Shown here: positions 46,433 to 63,599 of the stretch, piece after piece
Layout: the number at the start of each line of letters is the position of its first letter
How positions within the stretch are numbered: the first letter of the stretch is position 1
Assembly (NCBI RefSeq): GCF_009914755.1
Contig: NC_060928.1
DNA length: 64,000 bases
Source of the DNA: the human T2T-CHM13v2.0 reference genome, Homo sapiens
Direction: 5' to 3' (one strand)
The notes under the pieces: model-generated
What the model was told of the DNA's origin: nothing
Seen by the model: the letters and a program-made list of their open reading frames with translations, nothing else
The model's database searches: none
Made by a program: the position numbers and the translations under genes

Positions 46433-49400
46433 TGCTATCTGTGGTGAATCTGCACACATCTACAGCAATCTCAATTATTTCCTCTGCAGAAGGAAAAAAT
46501 TCAACCAAGGGACATAAGGCAGAATGAAAGAGTGAGGTAAAGTTTAGAATAGGAGTGAAAGTTGATTAAAAGGCTTTAGAGTAGGAATGAAAGGAAGTGA
46601 AGTACACTTGGAAGAGGGCCAAGCAGGCAACTTGAGAAATCAACTGTGTGGTTTGAACTGGAGTTTTATACACTGGCGTGTGTATTACTCCATTTTCACA
46701 ATGCTATAAAAAAACTACCTGAGACTGGGTAATTTATAAAGAAAAAAGACTTAATTGATTTGCAGTTCCACATGGCTTGGAGGCCTCAGGAACCTGACAA
46801 TCAGGGCAGAAGATGAAGAGGAAGCAAGGCATGTCTTACATGGCTACCGGAGAAAGAGTGAGGCAGAAAGTGCCACATGCTTTCAAACAAGATCTTGTGA
46901 GATCTTTACTCACTGTCACTAGCACAGAAAGGGGGAAGTCCATCCCCGTGATTTAATCATTTCCTATGACACCCCTTCACTGACACATGGGGATTACAAT
47001 TCAAGATGAGATGTGGGTGGGGACACAGAGCCAAACCATATCATTCCACCTCTGGACCATTCCAAATCTCATGTCCTTCTCACATTTCAAAACACAATCA
47101 CACCTTCCCAACAGTCCCTCAAAGTCTTAACTCATTCCAACATTAACCCAAAAGTCTAAGTCCAAAGTCTCATCTGAGACAAGGCAAATCCCTTCCACCT
47201 ATGAGCCTATAAAATTAAAAGCAAGTTCATTATTTCCAAGATAAAATGGGGGTGCAGGCATTGGGTAAATGTTCCCATTCCAAATGGAAGAAATTGGCCA
47301 AAACAAAGGGGCCACAGGTCCCATGCAAGTCTGAAACCCAGTGGGGCACTCATTAAATCTTAAAGCTCTAAAATGATCTCCTTTGACTCCATGTCTCACA
47401 TCCTTGTCAAGATGATACAAGGGATAGATCCCAAGGTCTTGGACACCTCTGCCCCTGTGGCTCTGCAGGGTATACCCTCACAGCTGCTTTCACAAGCTGT
47501 CATTGAGTACCTGCTGCTTTTCCAGGCCCATGGTGTAAGCTGTCAGTGGATCTACCATTCTGTGGTCTGGAGTATGGTGGCCCTCTTCTCACAGCTCCAC
47601 CAGGCAGTGTCCCGGGGGACCTCTGTGTGGGGGCTCCAACCCCACACTTCCCCACTGCACTGCCCTAGTGGAGATTCTCCATGAGGGCTCTGCCCCTGCA
47701 TCAGACTTCTGCTGAGACATACAGGCATTTTCATACATCCTCTGAAATCTAGGCAGAGCCTCCCAAACTCTTACCTTCTGTGCACCTGCAGGCCCAACAA
47801 CACGTGGAAGATGCCAAGGCTTGGGGCTTGCACCCTCTGAAGCAGTGGCCTGAGCTGTACCTTGACCCCTTTTAGCCATGGCTGGAGCTGGAGCTGGAAT
47901 GGCTGGGACACAAGACACCATGTCCTAAGGCTGCACAGAACAGCGAGCCCCTGTGTCCAGTCTACAAAACCATTTTTCCCTCCTAGGCCTCCAGGTCTTT
48001 GATGGGAGGAGTTGCCATGAAGATCTCTGAAATGCCTTGGAGACATTTTCCTCACTGTCTTAAGGATTAACATTCAGTTCCCCTTTACTTATGCAAATTT
48101 CTGAAAACACTGGTTTGAATTCCTCCCCAGTAAATGGGTTTTTCTTTTCTACCACATGGTCCCAGCAAATTTTCCAAACTTACATGCTCTGCTTTCCTTT
48201 TAAACATAAGTTCCAATTTCAGATCATCTCTTTGTGAACACAGATGACTATACGTAGTTAGGAGCAACCAGGCCACTTTTTAACAATGCTCCTTAGAAAT
48301 TTCTTCCACCAGATACCCTAAATCCTCTCTTTGAAGTTCAAAGTTCCACAGATCTCTAGGACAGGGAGAAAATGCCACCAGTCTCTTTGCTAAAGCGTAG
48401 CAAATGTTACCCTACTCTAGTTCCCAATATTTGTGTTGTCTCCATCTGAGACCACCTCAGCTTGGATTTCATTGTCCATATCATTATTAGCATTTTGATC
48501 AAAACCAGTTAACAAGTCTCCACGAAGTTCCAAACTTTCCCACATCTTACTGTCCTCTTCTGAGCCTTCTAAACTGTTCCAACTTCTGCATGTTATCCAG
48601 TTCCAAAGTCGCTTCCACAGTTTTAGATATCTTTATAGCAGTGCCCCATGCCTGGTACCAGTTTTCTGTATTCTTCTGTTTTCAAACTACTATAAAAAAC
48701 TACCCAAGACTGGGTAATTTATAAAGAAAAGGGGTTTAATTGACTCACAGCTCTGCATGGCTGGAGAGAAAGGAAACTTAGAATCATGGAGGAAGGCAAA
48801 GAGAAAGCAAGGCCTGTCTTACATGGCAGCAGAAGAGAGAGAGAGAGAGCAAAGAAAGCCACACACATTTAAACCATCAGATCTCATGAGAACTCACTCA
48901 CTATCATGAGAACAGCAAAGCAGAAGTCTGCCCCCCATGGTTCAATCACCTCCTATCAGGCCCCTCCCCAGACACATTGGGATTACAATTCAAGATGAGA
49001 TTTGAATAGGGACACAAAGCCAAACCATATCAGCATGCTTCTGGGGTCTTATATTCCTTATCCCCTGATTCTTTCCTTAGGGTGGGCTGTCTGTATGTAC
49101 AGTGGCCTGCTAGCTCTTGGGAGGGGAGCATGCACAGTGTTTTTACTGGAATTGTATGCATTCTCACATGAGGTATTTTTCCCTTACCAGTCAAATGTCC
49201 CTAGAAGGTCATATGCCAGTTAAACTCCACCATTTTTGTCTCTTAATGCACATGCTTGAGGACATTTGCCCAACTCCCAACTTCTGAGATCTTATTGGAA
49301 AGCTGCTGATCACCAGTTTCAGGTGTTTCTGTTTATTGGAAGACTGCTTTTCCCTGGCACTGGTTGTGACCGATTATTATATTAGAGAGAAAGTTAACAA

Positions 49401-49523
49401 CTGCCTGACCATCACCTAATGGTTGCCTGATATCCTTGGGTGAGGGTAGGGGGAGTGGGTGGAGGGGGATAGGGGAATCCCTCTCCTGCTCTGCTCATGT
49501 CCTACTAGCTACCTGCTGTAATA
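46433..49523 (-). mobile_element. MER50 solo LTR split by a MaLR provirus
   Basis: Pieces 46433-46680 and 49033-49523; GATCTTATTGGAAAGCTGCTGATCACCAGTTTCAGGTG motif. Confidence 0.85.
46681..49032 (-). mobile_element. Full-length THE1D/MSTA-type MaLR (LTR-internal-LTR)
   Basis: LTRs 46681-47043 and 48667-49032, ~1.6 kb internal region, TSD GCGTG/GCATG. Confidence 0.92.
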
Positions 49524-49709
49524 TATCCATGCTAAAATGGTATGTTTGAATATTAAAACAAAGGGAAATTTTTTGAAAGCTTACAGAAACACATGATTAC
49601 ATATAAAAGATCAAGAATTGGATTGATGGCATTTTTTAAATATAAAAATGGGAATGATACGATAACAAAATACTCTCAAAGTATTGATGAAGAGTAAAGA
49701 CCAGAATGT

Positions 49710-50290
49710 TATAAATAGACAAACTCTTGGTAAGTCTTTAATATCAATAGTCATTTACTTTTATCCAGAAATCAAACATGAGGTTTCTGGAGTGGTGATC
49801 AAAGTTATTATTTAAAGCAATAACTGTACTTGTTTCCCTGTGCTTCATACTCCACAAATTATGTGATGAGAGCCAGATATTATGCCATACGTGTGGGGAT
49901 TTATACTTCAGGAGAGGAAAACTGAAATTCTAAATTTGGAAATTTGTTTGGATTAGCTAATCAACGGGCACCTTCTCTTCTAAGAGAAGGAGATAAGTCT
50001 AATCTCCACAATGTAAACAACTTCTTGAGAAGAGAAATGAAAACTCCCTGGGTTCCTAATCTTTTGACTGTAAGTAAGTATCTCTAGGAAGAAGATAAGA
50101 CATCATTTCAATTTATAATTCTGAAAATTTATCTATGGTTCTGGGCTTTATCTCCCTTTAAAATTTAAACACTTATCTTCAAGCAGGTAAATCTACCCAG
50201 AGTTCTTTCACAATCTATTCAATCATCATTTAGCTTTCAAGATTTCTCCTTTAACCTAGATTTCTGTTTTCTTCACTCAAAAAGCCCTAA
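49710..50290 (-). mobile_element. Possible very old LTR (MER76-like)
   Basis: Interrupts L1M ORF1 sequence; only weak resemblance to an LTR. Confidence 0.3.
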
Positions 50291-50952
50291 GTATACACAC
50301 AAAAATGTAAATATTCACTTCCTGAAGATTGTCACTCAAATATAGGGATGTGATTAAAATATTCTCAGACTTTCAATGCCACAGATATTTGCCACACTAA
50401 AACCTATTCTGAAAACAGTTCTAGAAAAAGTACACAGGTTAAAAAAATCCAGGAAATATTATAAGATATATATGAAGAAACAAGGATCAAAAGCTTGTTA
50501 AAACTATGTCACTTAAAAATTTTTCTAACAAAAAAAGAGGAAATATAATAATAATAACCAAAAAATAAAAGTCTGGAGAATCTCAGCCTGATGAAGAAGG
50601 GTGGAAGGTGATGCATATGAACCGAAAGATGTGAGAACTAGCTAAAATTCTTGCCATTTAAAACAAGAACAAGTATAAGTTAAAAAAAATAAACTTAGAA
50701 ACAGTAGAAAAAACTAAAACAAGAAATTAAAGTGACAGAAACAGATACAAATTCATCACTAACCACAATAAATGTAAATGGATTAAACAATACATTTACA
50801 GAATGGATAAAGACATGAAATAATAAAGACAATGCAGCAGAACATCCAAAGTATGAGATTGAAGGTAAGTAAAAAGACATAGGCAAATGCCAAAAGAAAG
50901 TATATAGGACTAATTTAATATCTGATAAAATGGGTGTGGATGTATAAAGTAC

Positions 50953-51670
50953 AGAAACCACCTTTGTAAAATTATGATAATAAGAGAAATCTGACATAGT
51001 TGACTCCATCTTGCTTGTAACCTCCAAGCTTGATCATTCCTGACCATAGGACAAACTAATCTTGGGAAGAACTTATAGTTTAACCTTAAAGCAAGGATGA
51101 TGATAGTCCTTTCTGCAACTAAACTGCCTTTGGAAAACTAATGAAAAGCTACAGGATTAGAATTATGAGAGAGGCCTGAATGCTGCTAAAATGTAAGCAT
51201 AGTTAAATGATAACCAGCCATTTTCCTGGAGGTTGCAAAATTTGTAACTTCCCCAGATGGTTCTATAGATACTATCACTATTGTAGAATCTAAGATTGGT
51301 TGTTTGAGAAGTTTTTGCAGACTTTTATATTCTGAGAACCCCACGTGGACCCATGACTCATGATTTAACCAGCCCTGTGGTCCCCAACCCAGAGATAGAT
51401 TCAGCACATGAGCATCATTTTCCACACCCTTATAATGACATCCCCAATCAGTAGGCAGCACCCAACCCCTAGTCCCTTTCCCACCAAACTGTTCTTGAAA
51501 AATCCTAATCACTGACTCTTTGGGGAGACTGATTTGAGTGATAACTACATTATTCATGTAGCCGGCCTTGTGTCAATTAAAGCCTTTCTTTACTGCAACG
51601 CCATGGTCTCAGTGAAGTGTTTTTTTGTCTTTCTGTTCAGCAGGCAGGAAGAATCCATTGAGCAGTTATA
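50953..51670 (+). mobile_element. LTR8/LTR8A solo LTR
   Basis: GAAACCACCTTTGTAAAATTATGA...GACTCCATCTTGC start; perfect TSD GTAC. Confidence 0.88.
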
Positions 51671-51725
51671 GTACTTATTAAAGATGAACTATCATTATCT
51701 CCTGAAAAATGTTTCAACAAACTAA

Positions 51726-52107
<382 letters not shown>

Positions 52108-52914
52108 TAAGATACACTTAATTTAGAATTAAGGGAGAAACTGATAAATCCACTGTCATGGATTTCAACATATCTCAATTGATAGGTTAAGTACACAAAA
52201 TAATAGAAAAAAATACTGATCTGAACACAATTAACAAATTTAAACTAGTGCACATAGATGTAGAGTTTTACAGCCATTAATCAAAGAATGTATATTTTTT
52301 CTCAAGCATATATGGAAGATAAATTATGATATTGTATCATAAAGGAAATAAAGACAACACATTTCAAAAGTACCATAGATACTATACAGATCTTGATATC
52401 TAATGACAATACAACTGAAGTAATTTTTTTCAAGATTTAAAAATTTTTCTTTATATTTGCAAATTTTAAACAAAACCCTGTTGAAGAATTCATGATGAAT
52501 AATGAAGGAGCAAGATAAATAAATAATTTCTAGATTTATAAGACAATAAAGGATAATGAAAAGCTTACAGAGTAACACCTAAGAGATGTGGTCAACATGG
52601 GCTCAAGTGGTCCTTTGAGAGAGATTTATAGCCTTAAATATCTGTATTAGAAAAGAAAAATCTTTAAAATCAATTGTGCTAATAAATATTTTTTTTCTTT
52701 TTTTTTTTTATTATACTTTAAGTTTTAGGGTACATGTGCACATTGTGCAGGTTAGTTACATATGTATACATGTGCCGTGCTGGTGCGCTGCACCCACTAA
52801 CTCGTCATCTAGCATTAGTTATATCTCCCAATGCTATCCCTCCCCCCTCCCACCACCCCACAACAGTCCCCAGAGTGTGATATTCCCCTTCCTGTGTCCA
52901 TGTGATCTCATTGT

Positions 52915-56742
<3,828 letters not shown>

Positions 56743-56805
56743 TATGATGTTAGCTGGTGATTTTGCTCGTTAGTTGACGCAGTTTCTTCCTAGTCTTGAT
56801 GGTCT

Positions 56806-57822
56806 TTACATTTTGGCATGATTTTGCAGCAGCTGGTACCGTTTGTTCCTTTCCATGTTTAGCGCTTCCTTCAGGAGCTCTTTTAGGGCAGGCCTGGTGG
56901 TGACAAAATCTCTCAGCATTTGCTTGTCTGTAAAGTATTTAATTTCTCCTTCACTTATGAAGCTTAGTTTGGCTGGATATGAAATTCTGGGTTGAAAATT
57001 CTTTTCTTTAAGAATGTTGAATATTGGCCCCCACTCTCTTCTGGCTTGTAGGGTTTCTGCCAAGAGATCCGCTGTTAGTCTGATGGGCTTCCCTTTGAGG
57101 GTAACCCGACCTTTCTCTCTGGCTGCCCTTAACATTTTTTCCTTCATTTCAACTTTGGTGAATCTGACAATTATGTGTCTTGGAGTTGCTCTTCTTGAGG
57201 AGAATCTTTGTGGCGTTCTCTGTATTTCCTGAATCTGAACATTGGCCTGCCTTGCTAGATTGGGGAAGTTCTCCTGGATAATATCCTGCAGAGTGTTTTC
57301 CAACTTGGTTCCATTCTCCCCATCACTTTCAGGTACACCAATCAGACGTAGATTTGGTCTTTTCACATAGTCGCATATTTCTTGGAGGCTTTGCTCATTT
57401 CTTTTCATTCTTTTTTCTCTAAACTTCCCTTCTCGCTTCATTTCATTCATTTCATCTTCCATTGCTGATACCCTTTCTTCCAGTTGATCGCATCGGCTCC
57501 TGAGGCTTCTGCATTCTTCACGTAGTTCTCGAGCCTTGGTTTTCAGCTCCATCAGCTCCTTTAAGCACTTCTCTGTATTGGTTATTCTAGTTATATATTC
57601 TTCTAAATTTTTTTCAAAGTTTTCAACTTCTTTGCCTTTGGTTTGAATGTCCTCCCGTAGCTCAGAGTAATTTGATCGTCTGAAGCCTTCTTCTCTCAGC
57701 TCGTCAAAGTCATTCTCCATCCAGCTTTGTTCCGTTGCTGGTGAGGAACTGCGTTCCTTTGGAGGAGGAGAGGCGCTCTGCGTTTTAGAGTTTCCAGTTT
57801 TTCTGTTCTGTTTTTTCCCCAT
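56806..57822 (-). CDS. ORF1: L1 ORF1p, intact 338 aa
   Basis: Full canonical length; REKG, ARR and YPAKLS motifs retained; EIWDY has changed to EICDY. Confidence 0.93.
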   Translation of the reverse strand: MGKKQNRKTGNSKTQSASPPPKERSSSPATEQSWMENDFDELREEGFRRSNYSELREDIQTKGKEVENFEKNLEEYITRITNTEKCLKELMELKTKARELREECRSLRSRCDQLEERVSAMEDEMNEMKREGKFREKRMKRNEQSLQEICDYVKRPNLRLIGVPESDGENGTKLENTLQDIIQENFPNLARQANVQIQEIQRTPQRFSSRRATPRHIIVRFTKVEMKEKMLRAAREKGRVTLKGKPIRLTADLLAETLQARREWGPIFNILKEKNFQPRISYPAKLSFISEGEIKYFTDKQMLRDFVTTRPALKELLKEALNMERNKRYQLLQNHAKM

Positions 57823-58727
57823 CTTTGTGGTTTTATCTACTTTTGGTCTTTGATGATGGTGATGTACAGATGGGTTTTCAGTGTGTATGTCCTTTCTGTT
57901 TGTTAGTTTTCCTTCTAACAGACAGGACCCTCAGCTGCAGGTCTGTTGGAATACCCTGCCTTGTGAGGTGTCAGTGTTCCCCTGCTGCGGGGTGCCTCCC
58001 AGTTAGGCTGCTCGGGGGTCAGGGGTCAGGGACCCACTTGAGGAGGCAGTCTGCCGGTTCTCAGATCTCCAGCTGCGTGCTGGGAGAACCACTGCTCTCT
58101 TCAAAGCTGTCAGACAGGGACATTTAAGTCTGCAGAGGTTACTGCTGTCTTTTTGTTTGTCTGTGCCCTGCCCCCAGCGGTGGAGCCTACAGTGGCAGGC
58201 AGGCCCCCTTGAACTGTGGTGGGCTCCACCCTGTTCGAGCTTCCCGGCTGCTTTGTTTACCTAAGCAAGCCTGGGCAATGGCGGGCGCCCCTCCCCCAGC
58301 CTCGCTGCCGCCTTGCAGTTTGATCTCAGACTGCTGTGCTAGCAATCAGTGAGATTCTGTGGGCGTAGGACCCTCCGAGCCAGGTGTGGGATATAGTCTC
58401 GTGGTGCGCCGTTTTTTAAGCCGGTCTGAAAAGCGCAATATTCGGGTGGGAGTGACCCGATTTTCCAGGTGCGTCCGTCACCCCTTTCTTTGACTCAGAA
58501 AGGGAACTCCCTGACCCCTTGCACTTCCCAGGTGAGGCAATGCCTCGCCCTGCTTCGGCTCGCACACGGTGTGCGCACCCACTGGCCTGCGCCCACTGTC
58601 TGGCACTCCCTAGTGAGATGAACCTGGTACCTCAGATGGAAATGCAGAAATCACCCGTCTTCTGCGTCGCTCACGCTGGGAGCTGTAGACGGGAGCTGTT
58701 CCTATTCGGCCATCTTGGCTCCTCCCC
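57823..58727 (-). promoter_or_regulatory. L1 5'UTR: internal sense promoter and antisense promoter, CpG-rich
   Basis: YY1 site CAAGATGGCC at the 5' end and many retained CpGs; promoter function is inferred from family knowledge. Confidence 0.8.
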
Positions 58728-59630
58728 GAGAATCAGCTAATAAATATTTTTAGAAAATGAATAATGCAGTGAAAATGGGAAAAATAATAAAAATAAGAGT
58801 TGTGATTAATGCAATAGAAAGGTGCTGTTTTATTTAACTAGAATATGATTATAAAGCAAACATATCAAATAGAAATAAACAACCATCTGGAGCAGAGAAC
58901 GGAAAGAGATTTTTGCTTAACCTTTCTCATTCTCAGAAAAATTAATTCCATTTTCCCCTTCTCCTTCACGTCAGCTCTTCCCTCTGCTTTAAACTATAGG
59001 GTCTGCTGCCATGCAAAAGGTGAGTACCATCCTATGACAAAGAGTGGCAAGCCTAGAAAGTCAAAGGAACCCATCCACAGAGCACCCACAGACATCCTGT
59101 TGGGAACCACTGACTGTGTGGGTTTAATTTGCTCGTACATACTGCCTCATAGAGAGAAAAATAAAATTTGGAGAAATCAGAAGTTATTAAACACAAGTAC
59201 TCAAAAGGATTGGCACAGACTGGTGCTGAGCAGTCTAGCAAAGGAGGTCATGATGTACACCAGCTTCCTTCAGCCTTTGCCAGCAGTATATGCTCATCTC
59301 ATCATTAAGCAAGGCTCTTAAAATCCCCAAAGAGCAGACCTCTTTTTGTGGAGATTAAATAAAGATTTTAGCTTGAATTTCTATATCTTTAACTTGTGTT
59401 AAATCTAAACCCTTGCAGACTTCCTTATTTTCCACCCAATTAATGCATAACATGGTTCAGTAGCTCTGACTTTACCCTGGTAGCCTGATTATGGTAATGT
59501 GAACATTGGCTCATACCACTGTTCCTAAGAGTGCTGTGCTGTGTTGGAGCCAAACATCAGAAACAATCTCTCATTGTTGTGGGATGGAGGGTGGAGATAT
59601 ATTTGCATGTGTGTAGATATATATATTGAT

Positions 59631-59656
59631 ATGTGTGTGTGTGTGTGTGTGTGTGT
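59631..59656. repeat. (TG)n microsatellite
   Basis: Read directly from the sequence. Confidence 0.95.
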
Positions 59657-59822
59657 ACGTATACATAAAACGATGGATTTTGACCCAGGAAGAGGAAGAG
59701 TGGTGGCTGAAGCACCAGGAACTCATGTACTTGTTCTTTGTACACACCAGGAGAATCAGGGTTGAAATACTCTTCCTCTCTCCTGACAGTCTGGTGTTAT
59801 TTAGGATTAAAGTGCTCTAGTT

Positions 59823-60001
59823 CAGTGGTCCCCAAACTTGCTCATCACTAAGAGTCACCTACGTGCTAGTTAAAACTATACATTACTGAAACTTTCTCTA
59901 GAGCTTCTGTTTTGTTTGGTCGGGGATATAGCCTAGGTTTCTGTATTTTTAACTTGTGTACCTAGGGCAACTTTATGATTAGACATGTTTGGAAAACATT
60001 G
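59823..60001. mobile_element. MER5-type hAT/Charlie MITE
   Basis: TIRs CAGTGGTCCCCAAAC / GTTTGGAAAACATTG; 8-bp near-TSD CTCTAGTT/CTCTACCT. Confidence 0.8.
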
Positions 60002-60159
60002 CTCTACCTAGTTCCAAGGTCTAACAATTTTAAACTGAATGTTCACATAGCCTTTTGGGATTATTCTTATTGTTGTCCATAAGACTTACCTGACTTCTCC
60101 AATAACCCCAGGAGAAGAATGTGGTATTCATTAGTTTGCCATATTTACTTAGTATACCT

Positions 60160-60335
60160 CTATTTCTTAACCTCTTTAAGCCTGGTTTTCCCACTTGAAA
60201 CATGGAGAGAATAGTAATAATAATACCTATCTCAGAGAGATTTTTACAGAATGCAATAAACTAATGCTTATAAAACACTTAACATAGGACCTAGAACAAA
60301 GTAAGGCTGCAATAACATCAGCTATGATTATTATT
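60160..60335 (+). mobile_element. MIR SINE
   Basis: CTTAACCTCTTTAAGCCTGGTTTTCCCACTTGAAACATGGAG core. Confidence 0.7.
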
Positions 60336-60366
60336 ATTTCATACCACACACTTTTTACTTGCCTAA

Positions 60367-60850
60367 TGTGATAAATCATTTGGAAAAGTGTTGCCATTAT
60401 TCTCTTCTCTGTACCAGGGCTCTATGCCATGTGGCTTTGTAGCAACTCCCATCAGGAGATGAAGATTACTTCCCTTACACTTGAAACTGGGATGGTTCTG
60501 TCAATTGCCTGAAAAATTGAATGTGATGACAAAAGCAAAATTGTGCTAGTTTTGGGCCTAGGCTTCAAGAGGCCTTGTGTACTTTTACTCTATGACAAGG
60601 TCATTCTAGCCTGCTAAAAGATGAGAGACAATGAGGGCAAGGCCAGTGAGCCAGCTGTCCCCGCCCTGGTCCCAGAGATGTAGTGAAGCCTAGCCAAGAT
60701 CAACAAAGTGCTACTCAACCTACAGCTGACTAGAGGCAAATGAGTGAACCCAGCAGACAACAGAAAACCCACCCAGTTGACCCAAGAACTCATGACTAAT
60801 AATAAGAGGTGATTGTGCTAAGGTACTAAGTTTTGGGGTAAATTTGGTAC
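60367..60850 (+). mobile_element. MLT1G/H-type MaLR LTR
   Basis: GCCTAGGCTTCAAGAGGCCTTG and ACTAAGTTTTGGGGTAA motifs. Confidence 0.7.
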
Positions 60851-61029
60851 ACAGGCATAGATCTGGTACATCGATTATGTGCCAATTACTAAGTTACATA
60901 TTAGAGATGCATAGGGAAATAAGGCACAGTCCTGGTTCTCAAAAACCAAAAGCATGTTTTTGCAAAAGACAAGTAAACACAATTTTAGAATACAGTTATG
61001 CAAGGCTCAATTATATATATTTTTTTATT

Positions 61030-62600
61030 TCATTCACTCAAAAAATAATTTTACAATTTCTGATATTTGTCATGCACTGTTCTAGACACTTGAGATATAT
61101 CAGTGATATGGTTTGGCTCTGTCTCCTCACCCAAATCTCATGTTGAATTGTAATCCCCACGTGTTGAAGGAGGGGCCTGGTGGGAGGTGATTGAATCATG
61201 GGGATGGAGTTCCCCTTGCTGTTCACATGATAGAGTTCTCATGAGATCTGGTTGTTTGAAAGTGTGTAGCACTTCCCCCTTTGCTTTCTTTCTCCTGCTG
61301 CCATGTGAAGATGTGCTTGCTTCCCCTTCGCTCTTCTGCTATGATTCTAAGTTTCCTGAGGCCTCCCAGCCATGCTTCCTGTACACCCTGAGGAATTGTG
61401 AGTCAATTAAACCTCTTTTCTTCATAAATTATCCAGCCTCAGGTAGTTCTTTATAGCAGTGTGAGAATGGATTAATACAATTGGTAACCAAATCAAACAA
61501 AAATCCCTTCCCCATAGAAAAAAAAATGTTATAAGTAAGTATATTAACAGGATATTAGAAGGTGACAAGTTCTGTTTAAAAAAAATTCAGGAAACATAAA
61601 ACCGGTAAGAAGGATCAGGAATATGGGACACAGTGGGTGGAAATCAGATTGCAGTATTAAATGGGGTGTCTGGTAAGGCTTTGTTGAGGAAAGTTGAGCA
61701 AAAACTTGAAAAAGATGAGAAAGTTAAACAATCTTTCCAAAGAGATCAATGAGATAAGGTGAAGGCCCTAAGGTAGAAAAGTGTCTACAATTTTTGGGTA
61801 ACAGAAACTAGGCCAGTGTAACTAAAGCAGAAAGCACAAAGTAGGCCATACAAACTAGCCTGTAAGAATACTTTTTTAAAATAAAAGCTCCTGAAGGATG
61901 TGACAGGAGTTCAGTGTTGAAGCAAGCACAGGAGTTAGCAGGGATAGTGGAGAAAGGCACCCAGGATGTGGTGGGAGGGAGATAGATGAATGAGAACTCC
62001 AAGGAGAAGACCAGAACACATGCAGAGAAACTAAGACAATGTTCATGGTTAGTGTGAACTCTCGGGGAATTGGAAGTATTTCATAGGATTGGAGAACAAA
62101 AGAGTGATACAAAATTATTTTTAAAAGCAGGCGGACCATATACTGGAAGACATTGAATGGAAGGCTAAGGAGGTTCAGTTTTACCTGGATGTCAGTGGAG
62201 AAGCATTGAAGAGTTGAAGCAAGAGAGAAGTGATTTTATTAGACTAGCTTTGAAAGATCATTCAGTTTAGCATGGAAAATGAGTTGGAAAGGAGTGAAGA
62301 AACAAGTCGGAAGACTACTTAGAATCTTTACTGATGGCCCTTTCAAGAAATGAGGATAGAGAGGAGGGTGTGGAGTCAAGCAATGTAAAAAATGTGACAG
62401 GATAGGGTGAATGGGACTGGGGCAGTGGAACAACTGTAGTACTTCAAGTTTTAGATCACAATCACTTCAGGGTCTTTAGGAGATGAGATATTTTAATGGC
62501 CAATGCAAAGAGTAACATCATTTATTTATGCATTCATTTCCTTAAATATTTAATCAATGCCTAGGATGTGTCTAGGTAATATTAAACAGTAGGAATATAA
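61030..62600 (-). mobile_element. L2 fragments, interrupted by MSTA
   Basis: TTCATTCACTCAA...GCACTGTTCTAGACACTTGAGATATATCAG 3' end signature and a purine-rich body. Confidence 0.65.
61104..61479 (+). mobile_element. MSTA-type MaLR solo LTR
   Basis: TGATATGGTTTGG...TAATACA; TSD ATCAG/ATTGG, both derivable from ATCGG by CpG decay. Confidence 0.9.
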
Positions 62601-62640
62601 AGAGTAGTGATGCAGTTACATCACCAAGGACTACACAGTC

Positions 62641-62693
62641 CTAACACTGGCTCATCACCCCCTAAAACTAACACTGGCTCATCACCTCCAAAA
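62641..62693. repeat. 27-bp tandem duplication
   Basis: CTAACACTGGCTCATCACC occurs twice with period 27. Confidence 0.9.
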
Positions 62694-62699
62694 CAACTG

Positions 62700-62910
62700 C
62701 CAGTGAGTGGTTATTGTATGCAAAGCAGGTATTGAGTCTTTACAAGGATCGTTTTAATGAATCATCACAATGGCATTTTGAAGTAATACTATTATCCCCA
62801 TTGTACAGAAGAAGATATTTTACTTTGAGAGATTGACTTGGCCAAAATCACACATTTAGTAAGTGGCAGAGCTAATACCTGAATCTAGGACTATCTGTCG
62901 CAGTCCCATG
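62700..62910 (-). mobile_element. MIR SINE
   Basis: ATTATCCCCATTGTACAGA...GACTTGGCCAAAATCACACA..AGTAAGTGGCAGAGC. Confidence 0.8.
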
Positions 62911-63106
62911 CTACATGGAAACCCAGACCTACGAATCAGTAAATGTATTAAAGGAAATAATCAATTTTCCCTGACAGAGTGGTTTGAAAGCCTTCAAAGT
63001 GGTGATTCTTGATTTGAGTTTTTACAGGTAAGCAGATTTCCTCCAGGCAGCCAGGGAGGAAAGGAGAGTGAAAGGGCACAAGCAGCGTGTTCTGCGGAAG
63101 GGCAGC

Positions 63107-63570
63107 TGTGCTGCATCAGCTCCACCTGTTTCTCCATATTTACTCTAATTCTCTTTCACCTCCTCTCTGCCCCAGAAGGCTGACTGCTATGGACTGCACA
63201 ACTTTAGCTTCTTTGGGGGCTGACTGAATTTGACTGGCTGTAGATTGGAATGTGGGAATCAGGAAAAATCAGAATTAATATTTTCCTGGCTCCCTCCATG
63301 CAAGGCCACAAGTTGACAATTGCTGCGTTCTTGTATCAAAGGCTACATCTGCTGGACATTCCTCCCCTCAGTTCTCTTCATTCAAAACTACAGTTCTCTT
63401 CACTTCTAGCCACTGCGTCTTCCTCTCACCTTCAGGCCTGCAGGCCTGAATGGCTCCACATGTTGCCAGGGCTTGAATGTTCCATCATCCCTCTGAGTTG
63501 CTTAACTCTGCCCCGCACCTTTTGGAAATAGCGTCCCCCTCAGTTTCATTCTCTCTGCCTCTGCTTCTCT
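63107..63570 (+). mobile_element. LTR33-type ERVL LTR
   Basis: TGTGCTGCATCAG...CTCTGCCCCAGAAGGCTGACTGCTATGGACTGCA motif. Confidence 0.65.
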
Positions 63571-63599
63571 CTCTCCCGGGCATGTACACACATTCCCTT

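Noticed and set aside
58845-59321. 158-aa ORF in unique sequence
   Set aside because: No recognisable domain, low-information composition, and a length compatible with chance
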